A stretch of DNA of 64,000 bases from Alphaproteobacteria bacterium (lineage in GTDB: Bacteria; Pseudomonadota; Alphaproteobacteria; GCA-2731375). The stretch is taken from contig CBDDPY010000002.1 of NCBI GenBank assembly GCA_965232515.1, positions 1,216,001-1,280,000 of the forward strand, in the 5' to 3' direction. The translations under genes and the position numbers were made by a program. The notes under the pieces were generated by a model. That model did no database searches. It was not told where the DNA came from and saw only the letters and a list, made by a program, of their open reading frames with translations. The number at the start of each line of letters is the position of its first letter. Positions within the stretch are counted from its first letter, which is position 1. Positions 20,228 to 31,660 of the stretch are shown in pieces.

Positions 20228-21300
20228 CTGACAATACGTTGATGGCGCGGCTGGGACTGCGCCATCCGATCTTTGGCTTCGCCCATTCGGTGGACGTGGT
20301 CTGTGCGCTGGCCGAGGCGGGATGTATCGGCATCTACGGCGCGACGCGAGACACGCCGGAAGAGATCGCCGAGCGGCTGGCGCTGATCCGCCGACGCGTG
20401 GGCGACAAACCGTTTGGCGTCGACCTGGTGTTGCCGCGCGGCATGCCGGCGACCGCCGACAAGCGCGCGGTCGAGGCCGAACTGCCGGATGGGCACAAGG
20501 CCTTCGTCCAGCACCTCTATGACAAGTACCAGGTGCCGCCGGCGAGCGGACCCGGCATGCGCTCGCGTTTCCTACGCTCCGAGGAAATCGCCGAGCGCCA
20601 GATCGCCGCGGTGCTGGCCTCCGACGTCGACCTGTTCGCCTGCGGCATCGGCGCGCCGGCCGACGTGGTGGCCAAGGCCAGGGCCGACGGCAAGCTGACC
20701 GCCGCGCTGATCGGCAGCCCGCGGCATGCGCGCATGGCGCTCGACGCGGGCGTCGACATGATCGTCGCCCAGGGCTATGACGCCGGCGGTCATACCGGTC
20801 CGATCGGCACCTTCACCCTGGTGCCGCAGATCGTCGACCTCGCCGGCGAGGTGCCCGTGCTGGCGGCGGGCGGCGTGGCGACGGGCCAGCATATCGCCGC
20901 GGCGCTGGCCATGGGAGCGCAGGGCGTCTGGACCGGCTCGCTGTGGCTGGGCACGGCCGAGCACGAGATGGGCCCGATGCTGCGCGCCAAGCTGCTGGCC
21001 GCCGGCAGCGAGGACACCGTCATCAGCCGGTCCGATTCCGGCAAGACCATGCGCATGATCCGCTCGGCCTGGTCCGACGAATGGGATGCGCCGGACGCGC
21101 CGAAGCCGCTGTCGATGCCGCACCACGACATCCTGATCGGCGACCTGCTGGGCGCCGTCACCGAGCACGAGGTCGAGCCGCTGCTGCATTACCCGGCCGG
21201 CCAGTCGATCGCCTTCGTCAACGAGCTGCGCCCGGTCGCCGCCGTCGTCGCCGAGCTTGTCACCGAAACCGAGCGGGCCATGCGGCGGCTACGCCGCTGA
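20224..21300 (+). CDS. Nitronate monooxygenase/FabK-like flavoprotein
   Basis: VAQGYDAGGHTG, VLAAGGVATG, LAMGAQGVWTG; TTG start coupled to upstream stop. Confidence 0.88.
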   Translation: MTDNTLMARLGLRHPIFGFAHSVDVVCALAEAGCIGIYGATRDTPEEIAERLALIRRRVGDKPFGVDLVLPRGMPATADKRAVEAELPDGHKAFVQHLYDKYQVPPASGPGMRSRFLRSEEIAERQIAAVLASDVDLFACGIGAPADVVAKARADGKLTAALIGSPRHARMALDAGVDMIVAQGYDAGGHTGPIGTFTLVPQIVDLAGEVPVLAAGGVATGQHIAAALAMGAQGVWTGSLWLGTAEHEMGPMLRAKLLAAGSEDTVISRSDSGKTMRMIRSAWSDEWDAPDAPKPLSMPHHDILIGDLLGAVTEHEVEPLLHYPAGQSIAFVNELRPVAAVVAELVTETERAMRRLRR

Positions 21301-21330
21301 CGCCGCCGCGCGAGAGGAGAGAGAACACCT

Positions 21331-23607
21331 ATGAGCTACAAGCACCCCGCCGAGCCGGAATTCGGCGGCCATATCGGCCGCACGCACGCGGAATCGGAGC
21401 CCTGGTGGCCGGCGCCGACGCTGCCCGAGAATGCCCCCAACATCGTCGTTGTCGTCCTGGACGACACGGGCTTCGCCCATTTCGGTTGCTATGGCTCCGA
21501 TATCGAGACGCCGAACGTGGACCGCCTGGCCGCCAACGGCCTGCGCTATACCGGCTTCCATACCACGGCGCTCTGCTCGCCGACCCGGGCCTGCCTGCTG
21601 ACCGGGCGCAACCATCACGCCGTGCGCATGCGCGCGATCTCGAACATGGACACCGGCTTTCCGCACATGCGCGGGGCCATTCCGCGCTCGGCGGCGACGC
21701 TGGCCGAGGTGCTGCGCGACCAAGGCTACGCCACCTTCGCGGCCGGCAAGTGGCACCTGGCGCCGATGGCCGAGTGCTCGGCCGCCGGGCCGTTCCGCAA
21801 CTGGCCGCTGCAGCGCGGCTTCGACCGCTATTACGGCTTCATGCAGGGCGAGACCGATCAGTTCCGGCCGGAGCTGACCATCGATAATCACTTCGCCGAT
21901 CCGCCGGGCGGCCCCGCGGACGGCTACCACGTGTCGGAAGACATCACCGACCGGGCCATCGGCATGATGCGCGACGTCATCTCGCTGGTGCCGGAACGGC
22001 CGTTTTTCCTCTACCTCGCCTACGGCGCCACCCATTCGCCGCACCAGGTGCCGGCGGACTGGCTGGCGAAGTACCGCGGGCGCTTCGATACGGGCTGGGA
22101 CGCGGCGCGCGAGACCTGGTTCGCGCGCCAGCTGGAGATGGGCGTGGTGCCGGACGGCACCCGCCTGGCGGGACGTAATCCGGGCGTCAAACCCTGGGAC
22201 GATCTGAGCGACAACGAGCGCGCCTTCGCCGCCCGCCTGCAGGAAGCCTTCGCCGCCATGCTCGACCATACCGACCATCAGATCGGTCGGCTCGTGACCT
22301 TCCTGGAGGCGACGGGGCAGTTGGACAACACGCTGCTGCTAGTGATGTCGGACAACGGCGCCAGCCAGGAGGGCGGCCAGACCGGCGTGCTGGACGAGAT
22401 GCGCTATTTCAATGGCCTGAAGGAAGACGTCGACGCCGCCGTGGCGCAGCTCGACGATATCGGCGGCCCGAAGAGCCACAGCAACATCCCGTGGGGCTGG
22501 GCCCAGGCCGGCAACACGCCGTTGAAATGGTACAAGCAGAACACCCATGGCGGCGGCGTCCGGGACCCGCTGGTGGTGCACTGGCCGGCCCGCCTGAAAG
22601 AACCGGGCGGCCTGCGGCACGGCTTCTGTCATGCCATCGACATCATGCCGACGGTGCTCGACCTGCTCGGCACCGCGCTGCCCGACAGCGTCGCCGGCGT
22701 GCCGCAGATGCCGCTGCACGGCGCCAGCCTGACGCCGACCTTCGACGACGCGGACGCCCGGCCGGCCCGCGACACACAGTATTTCGAGATGCTGGGCCAC
22801 CGGGGCATCTGGCACAAAGGTTGGAAGGCGGTGACCCGCCACAAGCATGGCACACCGTTCGACGACGATGCCTGGGAGCTCTATCGCCTGGACGACGATT
22901 TCTCGGAATGCAACGACCTGGCCGCGGCCGAGCCGGCGCGGCTGAAGGAGATGACGGACCTGTGGTGGTCGGAGGCCGAGCGCCACGGCGTGCTGCCGCT
23001 CGACGACCGCGGCGCCGCCCTGCTGTTCCGCGCCTCGCGTCGGCCCGGCATGCCGACGGCACGGCACCGCTTCGTCTATCACCCGCCGGTCAGCCACATC
23101 GTCGCCGATGCCTGCCCGTCGACGGCGCGCGGCTGGACCACCATCGTCGAGCTGGAACATGTCGCCGACGCCGAGAACGGCGCGCTGATCGCCCGCGGCA
23201 CCATCAACAGCGGCTTCGTGCTGTATCTCGCCGACGGCCGGCTGCATTTCGACTACAACCTGTTCCGCGAACATGTCGTCGTCGCGGCATCCGAACCGCT
23301 GACGCCCGGCCGGCACACGATCCGCCTCGACGTCGTTCGCGGCGACGACGGCGCGGCCGATATGCATCTGTCGGTCGACGGCGAGCGGGTCGGGTCCGGT
23401 CAAGCACCGATGCTGCTACGGATCCTGTCGAGCACCGGCATGGACATTGGCCGGAGCTGGGCGCCGATCAACGAATCCTACGAGGCGCCGTTCGCCTATG
23501 GCGGCCAGATTACGAAAGTGATCTTCGAACTGCCGCGCAGCGTCTCGCCCGCCGACGCCGCGGCGGACGCGGCCGCCGAGGGCCGGGCGGCCATGACGCG
23601 CCAATAG
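21331..23607 (+). CDS. Arylsulfatase (Cys-type, no signal peptide)
   Basis: PNIVVVVLDD, CSPTRACLLTGR formylglycine motif, GKWH, SDNG. Confidence 0.94.
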   Translation: MSYKHPAEPEFGGHIGRTHAESEPWWPAPTLPENAPNIVVVVLDDTGFAHFGCYGSDIETPNVDRLAANGLRYTGFHTTALCSPTRACLLTGRNHHAVRMRAISNMDTGFPHMRGAIPRSAATLAEVLRDQGYATFAAGKWHLAPMAECSAAGPFRNWPLQRGFDRYYGFMQGETDQFRPELTIDNHFADPPGGPADGYHVSEDITDRAIGMMRDVISLVPERPFFLYLAYGATHSPHQVPADWLAKYRGRFDTGWDAARETWFARQLEMGVVPDGTRLAGRNPGVKPWDDLSDNERAFAARLQEAFAAMLDHTDHQIGRLVTFLEATGQLDNTLLLVMSDNGASQEGGQTGVLDEMRYFNGLKEDVDAAVAQLDDIGGPKSHSNIPWGWAQAGNTPLKWYKQNTHGGGVRDPLVVHWPARLKEPGGLRHGFCHAIDIMPTVLDLLGTALPDSVAGVPQMPLHGASLTPTFDDADARPARDTQYFEMLGHRGIWHKGWKAVTRHKHGTPFDDDAWELYRLDDDFSECNDLAAAEPARLKEMTDLWWSEAERHGVLPLDDRGAALLFRASRRPGMPTARHRFVYHPPVSHIVADACPSTARGWTTIVELEHVADAENGALIARGTINSGFVLYLADGRLHFDYNLFREHVVVAASEPLTPGRHTIRLDVVRGDDGAADMHLSVDGERVGSGQAPMLLRILSSTGMDIGRSWAPINESYEAPFAYGGQITKVIFELPRSVSPADAAADAAAEGRAAMTRQ

Positions 23608-23615
23608 GCGCGCGG

Positions 23616-25364
<1,749 letters not shown>

Positions 25365-25632
25365 ATCCGCCTCCCAAACGAGCTTTGTGTCGCCGGACGC
25401 GCCGGCGTTTGTCAGCAATATAGTGTGCCCGCCGGGCGCGTGCAGCGCGTTTTACCGATCCTCGAACGCCATGCTAGGATTCGCCGGTCTGTGGGATGTC
25501 GACGAATAGCGGCGCCTGGCAGGCCGAGGCAGATTGATAGTCACGTCTCGAAAGCGCCATCGCGGCGGTCGAGACGGCCATCGGGGGTCAACGCACGCCA
25601 ATTTCCAGCCATCACTAACCGGGAGGACTGCA

Positions 25633-27210
25633 ATGCATAGAACAATGAAAGCATTGGTCGGCACGTCGATAGCCATGTTGCTGTCGATGTCGGCCCACGC
25701 GGAGTCGGTACTCAAGGTGTCGGTGCACGCCGACCTGAAGAACATCGATCCGATCTGGACCACCGCCCTGATTACGCAGAACCATGGCGCGGCGATCTAC
25801 GACACGCTGTTCGCGCCGGATGAAAACTTCCAGATCCAGCCGCAGATGGCCGAGAGCTACAGCGTCGTCGACGACGGACTGACCTACATCATCAAGCTGC
25901 GCGAGGGATTGAAGTGGCATGACGGCAGCCCGGTGACGGCGGCCGACTGCATCGCCTCGCTGGAACGCTGGGGCCAGCGTGACGGCATGGGCCAGATCCT
26001 GATGCAGAAGCTGGAGAAGATGGAGGCGGTGGACGACGGCACCATCAAGCTGACGCTGAAAGAGCCTTGGGCGATGACAATCACCGCACTGGGCAAGGAC
26101 ACGGCCAACGTGCCGTTCATGATGCCGGCGCACATCGCCAAGACGGACGCCTTCTCGCAGATCGAGGACATGACCGGCTCGGGTCCGTTCAAGATCATCA
26201 AGGACGAGTGGGTGCCCGGCGTCCGGGTCATCTACACCAAGAATGAGGATTATGTGCCGCGCAACGAGGCCGCCAGCAACATGGCCGGCGGCAAGGCCGT
26301 CCATGTCGACCGGCTGGAATGGCACTATATCCCGGATGCGGCGACGGCGATGAACGCGCTGCAGGCCGGCGAGATCGATCTGATCGAGAACCTGGCCGCC
26401 GACCTGGTGCCGATCGCCCAGGAAGCCGAGGGTGTGACGGTCGAGACCACGGACAAGCTCGGCTGGCAGGCCTGGATGGTGATCAACCACCTGCACCCGC
26501 CGTTCGACAACGTGAAGGCGCGCCAGGCGCTGCAGCACATGGTCGACCAGGCGACCTATCAGCAGGCCAACAGCTCGATCCCGAATTCGTGGCGGACCTG
26601 TCCGGCATTCTTCGTCTGCGAGACGCCGTACGCCGACGATTCCGGCTCGGAGCGCCTGATGAACCAGGACTTCGAGGCCGCCAAGCGGCTGATGAAGGAG
26701 TCGGGCTATGCCGGCGAGCCGGTCGTGCTGCTGCACCCGACCGACATCCCGCAGCTGCATTCGGCGACGCTGGTGACCGCCAACCTTCTGCGCAAGATCG
26801 ACGTCAACGTGGACGTGCAGGCGATGGACTGGTCGACGCTGACCTCGCGGCGGGCCGAGAAGAAGAGCCCGGAGGACGGCGGCTGGAACCTGTTCCACAC
26901 GGCCTGGCCGGCGACGGCGCTGATGAACCCGCTGGTGCATAACGGCGTGTCGGGCAGCTGCGACAAGGCCTGGTTCGGCTGGCCCTGCGATCAGGAGCTG
27001 CAGGACCTGCGTTCGAAGTTCTCCAGCGAGTCCAATCCCGACAACCTGGTGGTGCTGGCGAAGCAGATGCAGGCCCGGGCCATGGACCAAGTCACCTACG
27101 TGCCGGTGGGCCAGTACTTCTTCTTCCGCGCCTACCGGGACAACGTCTCCGGCGTGATTCCGTCGGTGGTGTCCTATTTCTGGAACATCGAAATGGGCGC
27201 CAAGAAGTAG
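25633..27210 (+). CDS. ABC transporter substrate-binding protein, family 5
   Basis: Signal peptide; IYDTLF, LREGLKWHDGSPVTAADC, GSGPF, HPPFDN. Confidence 0.93.
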   Translation: MHRTMKALVGTSIAMLLSMSAHAESVLKVSVHADLKNIDPIWTTALITQNHGAAIYDTLFAPDENFQIQPQMAESYSVVDDGLTYIIKLREGLKWHDGSPVTAADCIASLERWGQRDGMGQILMQKLEKMEAVDDGTIKLTLKEPWAMTITALGKDTANVPFMMPAHIAKTDAFSQIEDMTGSGPFKIIKDEWVPGVRVIYTKNEDYVPRNEAASNMAGGKAVHVDRLEWHYIPDAATAMNALQAGEIDLIENLAADLVPIAQEAEGVTVETTDKLGWQAWMVINHLHPPFDNVKARQALQHMVDQATYQQANSSIPNSWRTCPAFFVCETPYADDSGSERLMNQDFEAAKRLMKESGYAGEPVVLLHPTDIPQLHSATLVTANLLRKIDVNVDVQAMDWSTLTSRRAEKKSPEDGGWNLFHTAWPATALMNPLVHNGVSGSCDKAWFGWPCDQELQDLRSKFSSESNPDNLVVLAKQMQARAMDQVTYVPVGQYFFFRAYRDNVSGVIPSVVSYFWNIEMGAKK

Positions 27211-27224
27211 ACGCCTTCCACGAA

Positions 27225-27262
27225 CCGCCGCCATCTCCTTGCGAGATGGCGGCGGCGCCTTT
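27225..27262 (+). terminator. Intergenic stem-loop
   Basis: CCGCCGCCATCTC-5 nt-GAGATGGCGGCGG immediately after SBP stop. Confidence 0.6.
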
Positions 27263-27274
27263 GATGAGGTTCCG

Positions 27275-28687
27275 ATGAGCGCTGAAGAGCTTTGCTTCCA
27301 GCCGGCGTCCGAGCTCGCCGCCGATATCCGCAGCCGTCGCCTGTCGCCGGTCGAGCTGACCCAGGCCGTACTCGACCGGATCGAGGCGCTGAACCCCGTA
27401 CTGAACTGCTTCTGCCTGCCGACGCCGGATATTGCACTGGATCAGGCCAAGGCCGCCGAGCAGGCGGTGATGGACGGCCAGGCGCTGGGCGCCCTGCACG
27501 GCGTGCCGTATTCGATCAAGGACCTGCAGCCCACAAAGGGCGTCCGGACCATGCGCGGCTCGAAGATCTTCGAGAACGACGTGCCGGATTTCGATACTCC
27601 GCTGTCGCGCCGCATGCAGGCCGCGGGCGGGATTTTCCTGGGCAAGACCACGACGCCGGAATTCGGCTGGAAGGGTACCACCGACAGCCCGGTCACCGGC
27701 ATCACCCGCAATCCCTGGAATACCGATCGCACGCCGGGCGGCTCCAGCGGCGGCGCCGCGGCGCAGGTGGCGGCCGGCCTCGGCCCGCTGGCCCAGGGCG
27801 GCGACGGCGGCGGCTCGATCCGCATTCCGGCGGCGTTCAGCGGCATTTTCGGCATCAAGCCGACCCACGGCACGGTGCCGTACTACCCCATGCCGCACAA
27901 TGACCTGCTGTCGCACCTCGGCCCAATGACCCGGACGGTGACGGACGCGGCGCTGATGCTGGGCGCGATGGCCGGCTTCGATCCCGCTGACCGGTTCAGC
28001 CAGCCGCGACAGCGGACGGACTATCTCACCGACCTGCAGGCCGGCATCGCCGGCAAGAAGGTGTTCTGGAGCCCGACCATGGGTTACGCCAAGGTCGATC
28101 CTGAAGTTGCCGCCGCGACCGAACGGGCCGCGAAACGGTTCGCCGAACTGGGCGCCGAGGTGGACGAGGGCGATCCCGGATTCGGCGATCCGACAGCGTT
28201 CTTCCTGGTGATCTATGCCAGCGCCTTCGCCGCCGACCTCGGCCACCAGCTACCTGAATGGGAAGCCGAGATGGATCCCGGGCTGGTCGGTGTCGTGCGG
28301 CGCGGCATGGACTATTCCGCCGTGGATTTCATCCAGGCGCGAAACGAGCGGCTCGAGTTCTATGAAAAGGTCCGCCGGTTCTTCGAACGCTACGACCTGC
28401 TGCTGACGCCGGCGACGGCGGTACCGGCCTTCGCGGTCGGCCAGGTGGCGCCGGACCCGGGGGCGATGGATCTCGCCGACATGCTCGCCTGGACACCGTT
28501 CAGCTATCCGTTCAATGCGACCGGGCATCCGGCCGCCAGCGTGCCCTGCGGCTTTACGGACGACGGCCTGCCGGTCGGCCTGCAGATCGTCGGCCGGCTG
28601 CACGAGGACCAGCTTGTTTTGCAAGCGGCCGCGGCCTACGAACGGCTGGCCCCCTGGGCCGACAAACGGCCGGAATTGACCGCATAA
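27275..28687 (+). CDS. Amidase signature family protein
   Basis: GVPYSIKD, TPGGSSGG, DGGGSIRIPA. Confidence 0.94.
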   Translation: MSAEELCFQPASELAADIRSRRLSPVELTQAVLDRIEALNPVLNCFCLPTPDIALDQAKAAEQAVMDGQALGALHGVPYSIKDLQPTKGVRTMRGSKIFENDVPDFDTPLSRRMQAAGGIFLGKTTTPEFGWKGTTDSPVTGITRNPWNTDRTPGGSSGGAAAQVAAGLGPLAQGGDGGGSIRIPAAFSGIFGIKPTHGTVPYYPMPHNDLLSHLGPMTRTVTDAALMLGAMAGFDPADRFSQPRQRTDYLTDLQAGIAGKKVFWSPTMGYAKVDPEVAAATERAAKRFAELGAEVDEGDPGFGDPTAFFLVIYASAFAADLGHQLPEWEAEMDPGLVGVVRRGMDYSAVDFIQARNERLEFYEKVRRFFERYDLLLTPATAVPAFAVGQVAPDPGAMDLADMLAWTPFSYPFNATGHPAASVPCGFTDDGLPVGLQIVGRLHEDQLVLQAAAAYERLAPWADKRPELTA

Positions 28688-28861
28688 ATCTGGCCGATAC
28701 AACCGCTTTTAAGCGAACGCGCCACCGGCGCGGTCACATCCGGTCACGCTTGCGTCAGAAGTAACGAATGTCACTCGGACCGTCGCGGTCCGGCCACCAT
28801 CTCCTGGTCAACACGCCAACGACGCGCCGCCGCCAGCGCGGCGCATGACCGGAGATGAACC

Positions 28862-29068
28862 ATGTCGACACATCGCAATCATGCCATTCGCCTTGGTCTT
28901 CTGGGCACCGCTCTGGCGCTCGCCATCGTCGCCGCGTCCGGCGGCATCGCGCCGGCCGCCGCGGCAATGCCCCAGTCCGAGACCGTCGGCGCCGGGCAGG
29001 AAAGCACGCCGTCAATCACCCGGACGGCCCGCGAGAACGGCTTCGGACGCCGCGGCGGCGACCGGTAA
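28862..29068 (+). CDS. Small putative secreted peptide (68 aa)
   Basis: GGAGA RBS; Sec-type signal ending in an Ala-rich cleavage region; fills intergenic gap. Confidence 0.55.
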   Translation: MSTHRNHAIRLGLLGTALALAIVAASGGIAPAAAAMPQSETVGAGQESTPSITRTARENGFGRRGGDR

Positions 29069-29089
29069 AACCGGCGCCTTGATCGCCGG

Positions 29090-29503
29090 TCATGCCGGAC
29101 CGGCGGTCGGCGCGAAGAAGGTGACGAGGTTGTTGTCAGGATCGAGGATCGCGAACTCGGTGAGGCCGTAGTCCTTGTCGGCGAGATGGCCGTTGGGGTG
29201 AACGATGCCGACGGCTTTCAGTTCATCGTAAAGGGCGTGGATATCGTCCACCAGGACGCGGCAGCTTGCCGTGCCGGCGAGGAATGACTCGGCGCCGCTG
29301 TCGATCGGCGTGCCGGGCGGACGTTGCTTCCAACTCTCGTCCGTCGCCGCCCACAGGTGCAGCTCGATCCGGTCGCGTTCCAGCACCGCATATTCGTCGT
29401 CCGCATGGGCGACGGTGAAGCCAACCTTGTCGGCATAGAAGGCGGCAAGCCGGCGGCAGTCGCTGACCGGCAGCACGGGTATGGCAGACCTGAACGTTGT
29501 CAT
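29090..29503 (-). CDS. Bleomycin-binding protein-like VOC protein (BleO-like)
   Basis: IPVLPV..FYADKVGF..LHLWAATDESW..GAESFLAGTASCR..HPN..DPDNNL pattern recalls pUB110 BleO. Confidence 0.82.
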   Translation of the reverse strand: MTTFRSAIPVLPVSDCRRLAAFYADKVGFTVAHADDEYAVLERDRIELHLWAATDESWKQRPPGTPIDSGAESFLAGTASCRVLVDDIHALYDELKAVGIVHPNGHLADKDYGLTEFAILDPDNNLVTFFAPTAGPA

Positions 29504-29507
29504 GCCC

Positions 29508-30716
29508 TTACAGCAACTTCCTTAGCGAGATCTCGGGATCGGCAAGTTGCTCAGGCTCGACGGCGATGCCGCGGGCCATCAGGCGCTTGGCGACCTTGAT
29601 GTCATTGGCGCTGTCGACGGCGACCGCGGCGGCGAGCCGGCCGCCGTCGAGCCAGAACAGGCTGAAGGGTTCGTCGTCGGACTCCCTGCGCCGGACCGGC
29701 GCCCGGTCGGCCGGCGGCAGGCCGAGGATCTGGATGTTGCGGCCGTACTGGTCGGACCAGAACCAGGGGACTTCGTCATAGGCCGCGTCCCGGCCCAGCA
29801 CCGCCTTGGCGCAGGCGATGGCCTGGTTCTGGGCGTTGGCCCAGGATTCGAGCCGCATGGGCCGGCCGGCGCCGGGCACGTCGAACACGGCGACGTCGCC
29901 GCAGGCGAAGATGTCGGGATCGTCGGTGCGGCCGCAGGGATCGGTCAGCACGCCGTCGTCGCAGGCGAGGCCGGCGGTGCGGGCCAGCTCGTCGCTGGCC
30001 ACGAGCCCGGCGCCGACGACGATCATGTCGGCGGCGATTTCTTCGCCGGATGTCAGCCGCGCCGTCATGCCGTCCGCCGACCGCGCAATCTGGGCGACGG
30101 ACTCGCCGAGCCTGACGTCGACGCCCTGGCCACGATGGAGTCGCAGCAGCCACTCAGAAAGCGCGGTCGGCGCGGCGCGGTGGCAGAGACGGTCGGCGAC
30201 TTCGATCAGGGTGACGCCGACATTCCTGGCGCGCGCGGCCGCGGCGATCTCGAGCCCAATCCAGCCGCCGCCGAGAATGAGCGCCGTTTCCGCCGTGTCG
30301 AACGCCGCGCCGATGGCGGCCGAGTCCTCGAGCGTACGCAGCGTGAAGACGCCGTCGCCGGTCAGGTTGTCCATTGGCAGGGTCCGGGCGCGGCCGCCGG
30401 TGGCAATGACGAGTTTGTCATAGGCGATGAGCGCGCCGTCCGCGAGTTGCACGGACCTGCCGACCCGGTCAATCGCCACGACGCGCGCGCCGGCGCGGAA
30501 ATCGACATCGAGGCCGTCGAACACATCCGTGCCGAAAAGGTGCGTCGACTCCGGCGCGGCCTCGCCGAGCAGCACCGCCTTCGACAGTGGCGGGCGTTCA
30601 TAGGGCGGGTGCTGTTCATCGCCGATCAGGACGAGGACGCCATCATAGCCCTCGCTCCGCAGCGTCCGGGCGGCCCAGCCGCCTGCCTGACCAGCGCCGA
30701 CGATGACGATCGGCAC
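29508..30716 (-). CDS. Ferredoxin-NAD(+) reductase (GR-type FAD oxidoreductase)
   Basis: GAGQAG, PYERPPLSK, ATG, GGGWIGLE, GD, RLESWANA, PWFWSDQY; GTG start overlapping upstream stop. Confidence 0.93.
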   Translation of the reverse strand: MPIVIVGAGQAGGWAARTLRSEGYDGVLVLIGDEQHPPYERPPLSKAVLLGEAAPESTHLFGTDVFDGLDVDFRAGARVVAIDRVGRSVQLADGALIAYDKLVIATGGRARTLPMDNLTGDGVFTLRTLEDSAAIGAAFDTAETALILGGGWIGLEIAAAARARNVGVTLIEVADRLCHRAAPTALSEWLLRLHRGQGVDVRLGESVAQIARSADGMTARLTSGEEIAADMIVVGAGLVASDELARTAGLACDDGVLTDPCGRTDDPDIFACGDVAVFDVPGAGRPMRLESWANAQNQAIACAKAVLGRDAAYDEVPWFWSDQYGRNIQILGLPPADRAPVRRRESDDEPFSLFWLDGGRLAAAVAVDSANDIKVAKRLMARGIAVEPEQLADPEISLRKLL

Positions 30717-31645
30717 TAGGCCTCCTTCGCCTGCCGCCGGGTCTTGCCGTCGATGCCGCCGGCGATGGCCCATTCGGCGAAGTGCTCGGGCGTGCGCTCC
30801 CAGGCCTTCGGCTGCCAGGCCTCGGTGCACCAGTCCTCGTCGGCGTAATATTCGAACAGGCCGCCCGTGGGACTGTGCAGATACCAGAAATAGGCCGCCG
30901 AGATCGGATGCCGGCCGGGTCCGATCTGGGTCTGCCAACCCCGGCGGGAGACGTGCAGACCGCCGCCGAAGACCTCGTGGATGTCGCGCACGGTGAAGGC
31001 GACGTGGTTCAGGCCGCATTTGCGGTCCGGCGTCTGCAGCAGGAACAGTTGGTGATGCCCGCCGGTCGGTGCGCAGCGCAGAAAGTAGCCAGCGTCGGGA
31101 TAGTAGTCCGAGACGACGAAGCCGAGCGTCTCGGTGTAGTAGGCGACGGCGGCGGTGACATCAGGCGCGAACAGCACGAGGTGGCCGATCTTCACGGGCT
31201 CGGCATGGTCGTAGACGACGCCGCGCCGGTCCTGCCGGGCCGTCGGGTTGTCGTAGGTGTTGGCCGGCGTGCCAACGACTTCGACGGATCGCCGACGGCT
31301 GACGCAGAACGACAGGCGCAGGCCGTTCGGATCGGTGATCGACGGCAATCCATCGTCTTCGCCGTAGGTCGGCTCGTTCGACAGCTTGTCACGTAGAGCA
31401 ACGAGATCGGCCTCGGTGGCGACGCCCCAGATCGCGCGGCGCACGGTGGGCCCGTCCTCCATGGCCGGCGGCAGGGTGGCGGACGATGCCGGCTCGGCAA
31501 TGACTTCACCGCCGTCGAGCGTTTCGAAGCGCAGGCGGCTGTCGCCGGCCTCGCGTTCCTGCAATCCCCAATCGGTGAAGAACTGCCGGCAGCGCGGCAT
31601 GTCCTCGACCCCGAAGACAAGCGCATCGATGCCCGTGATCGTCAT
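30716..31645 (-). CDS. VOC family extradiol ring-cleavage dioxygenase
   Basis: IGHLVL, HHQLF, LNHVAF, GPGRHPISAAYFWY..P.GGLFEY. Confidence 0.88.
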   Translation of the reverse strand: MTITGIDALVFGVEDMPRCRQFFTDWGLQEREAGDSRLRFETLDGGEVIAEPASSATLPPAMEDGPTVRRAIWGVATEADLVALRDKLSNEPTYGEDDGLPSITDPNGLRLSFCVSRRRSVEVVGTPANTYDNPTARQDRRGVVYDHAEPVKIGHLVLFAPDVTAAVAYYTETLGFVVSDYYPDAGYFLRCAPTGGHHQLFLLQTPDRKCGLNHVAFTVRDIHEVFGGGLHVSRRGWQTQIGPGRHPISAAYFWYLHSPTGGLFEYYADEDWCTEAWQPKAWERTPEHFAEWAIAGGIDGKTRRQAKEA

Positions 31646-31660
31646 GTCGCAATCCTCACA

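Noticed and set aside
28731-28756. ECF41-like promoter (GTCACA...CGTC) before the small peptide gene
   Set aside because: Spacer is 14 nt rather than the roughly 16 expected; too weak
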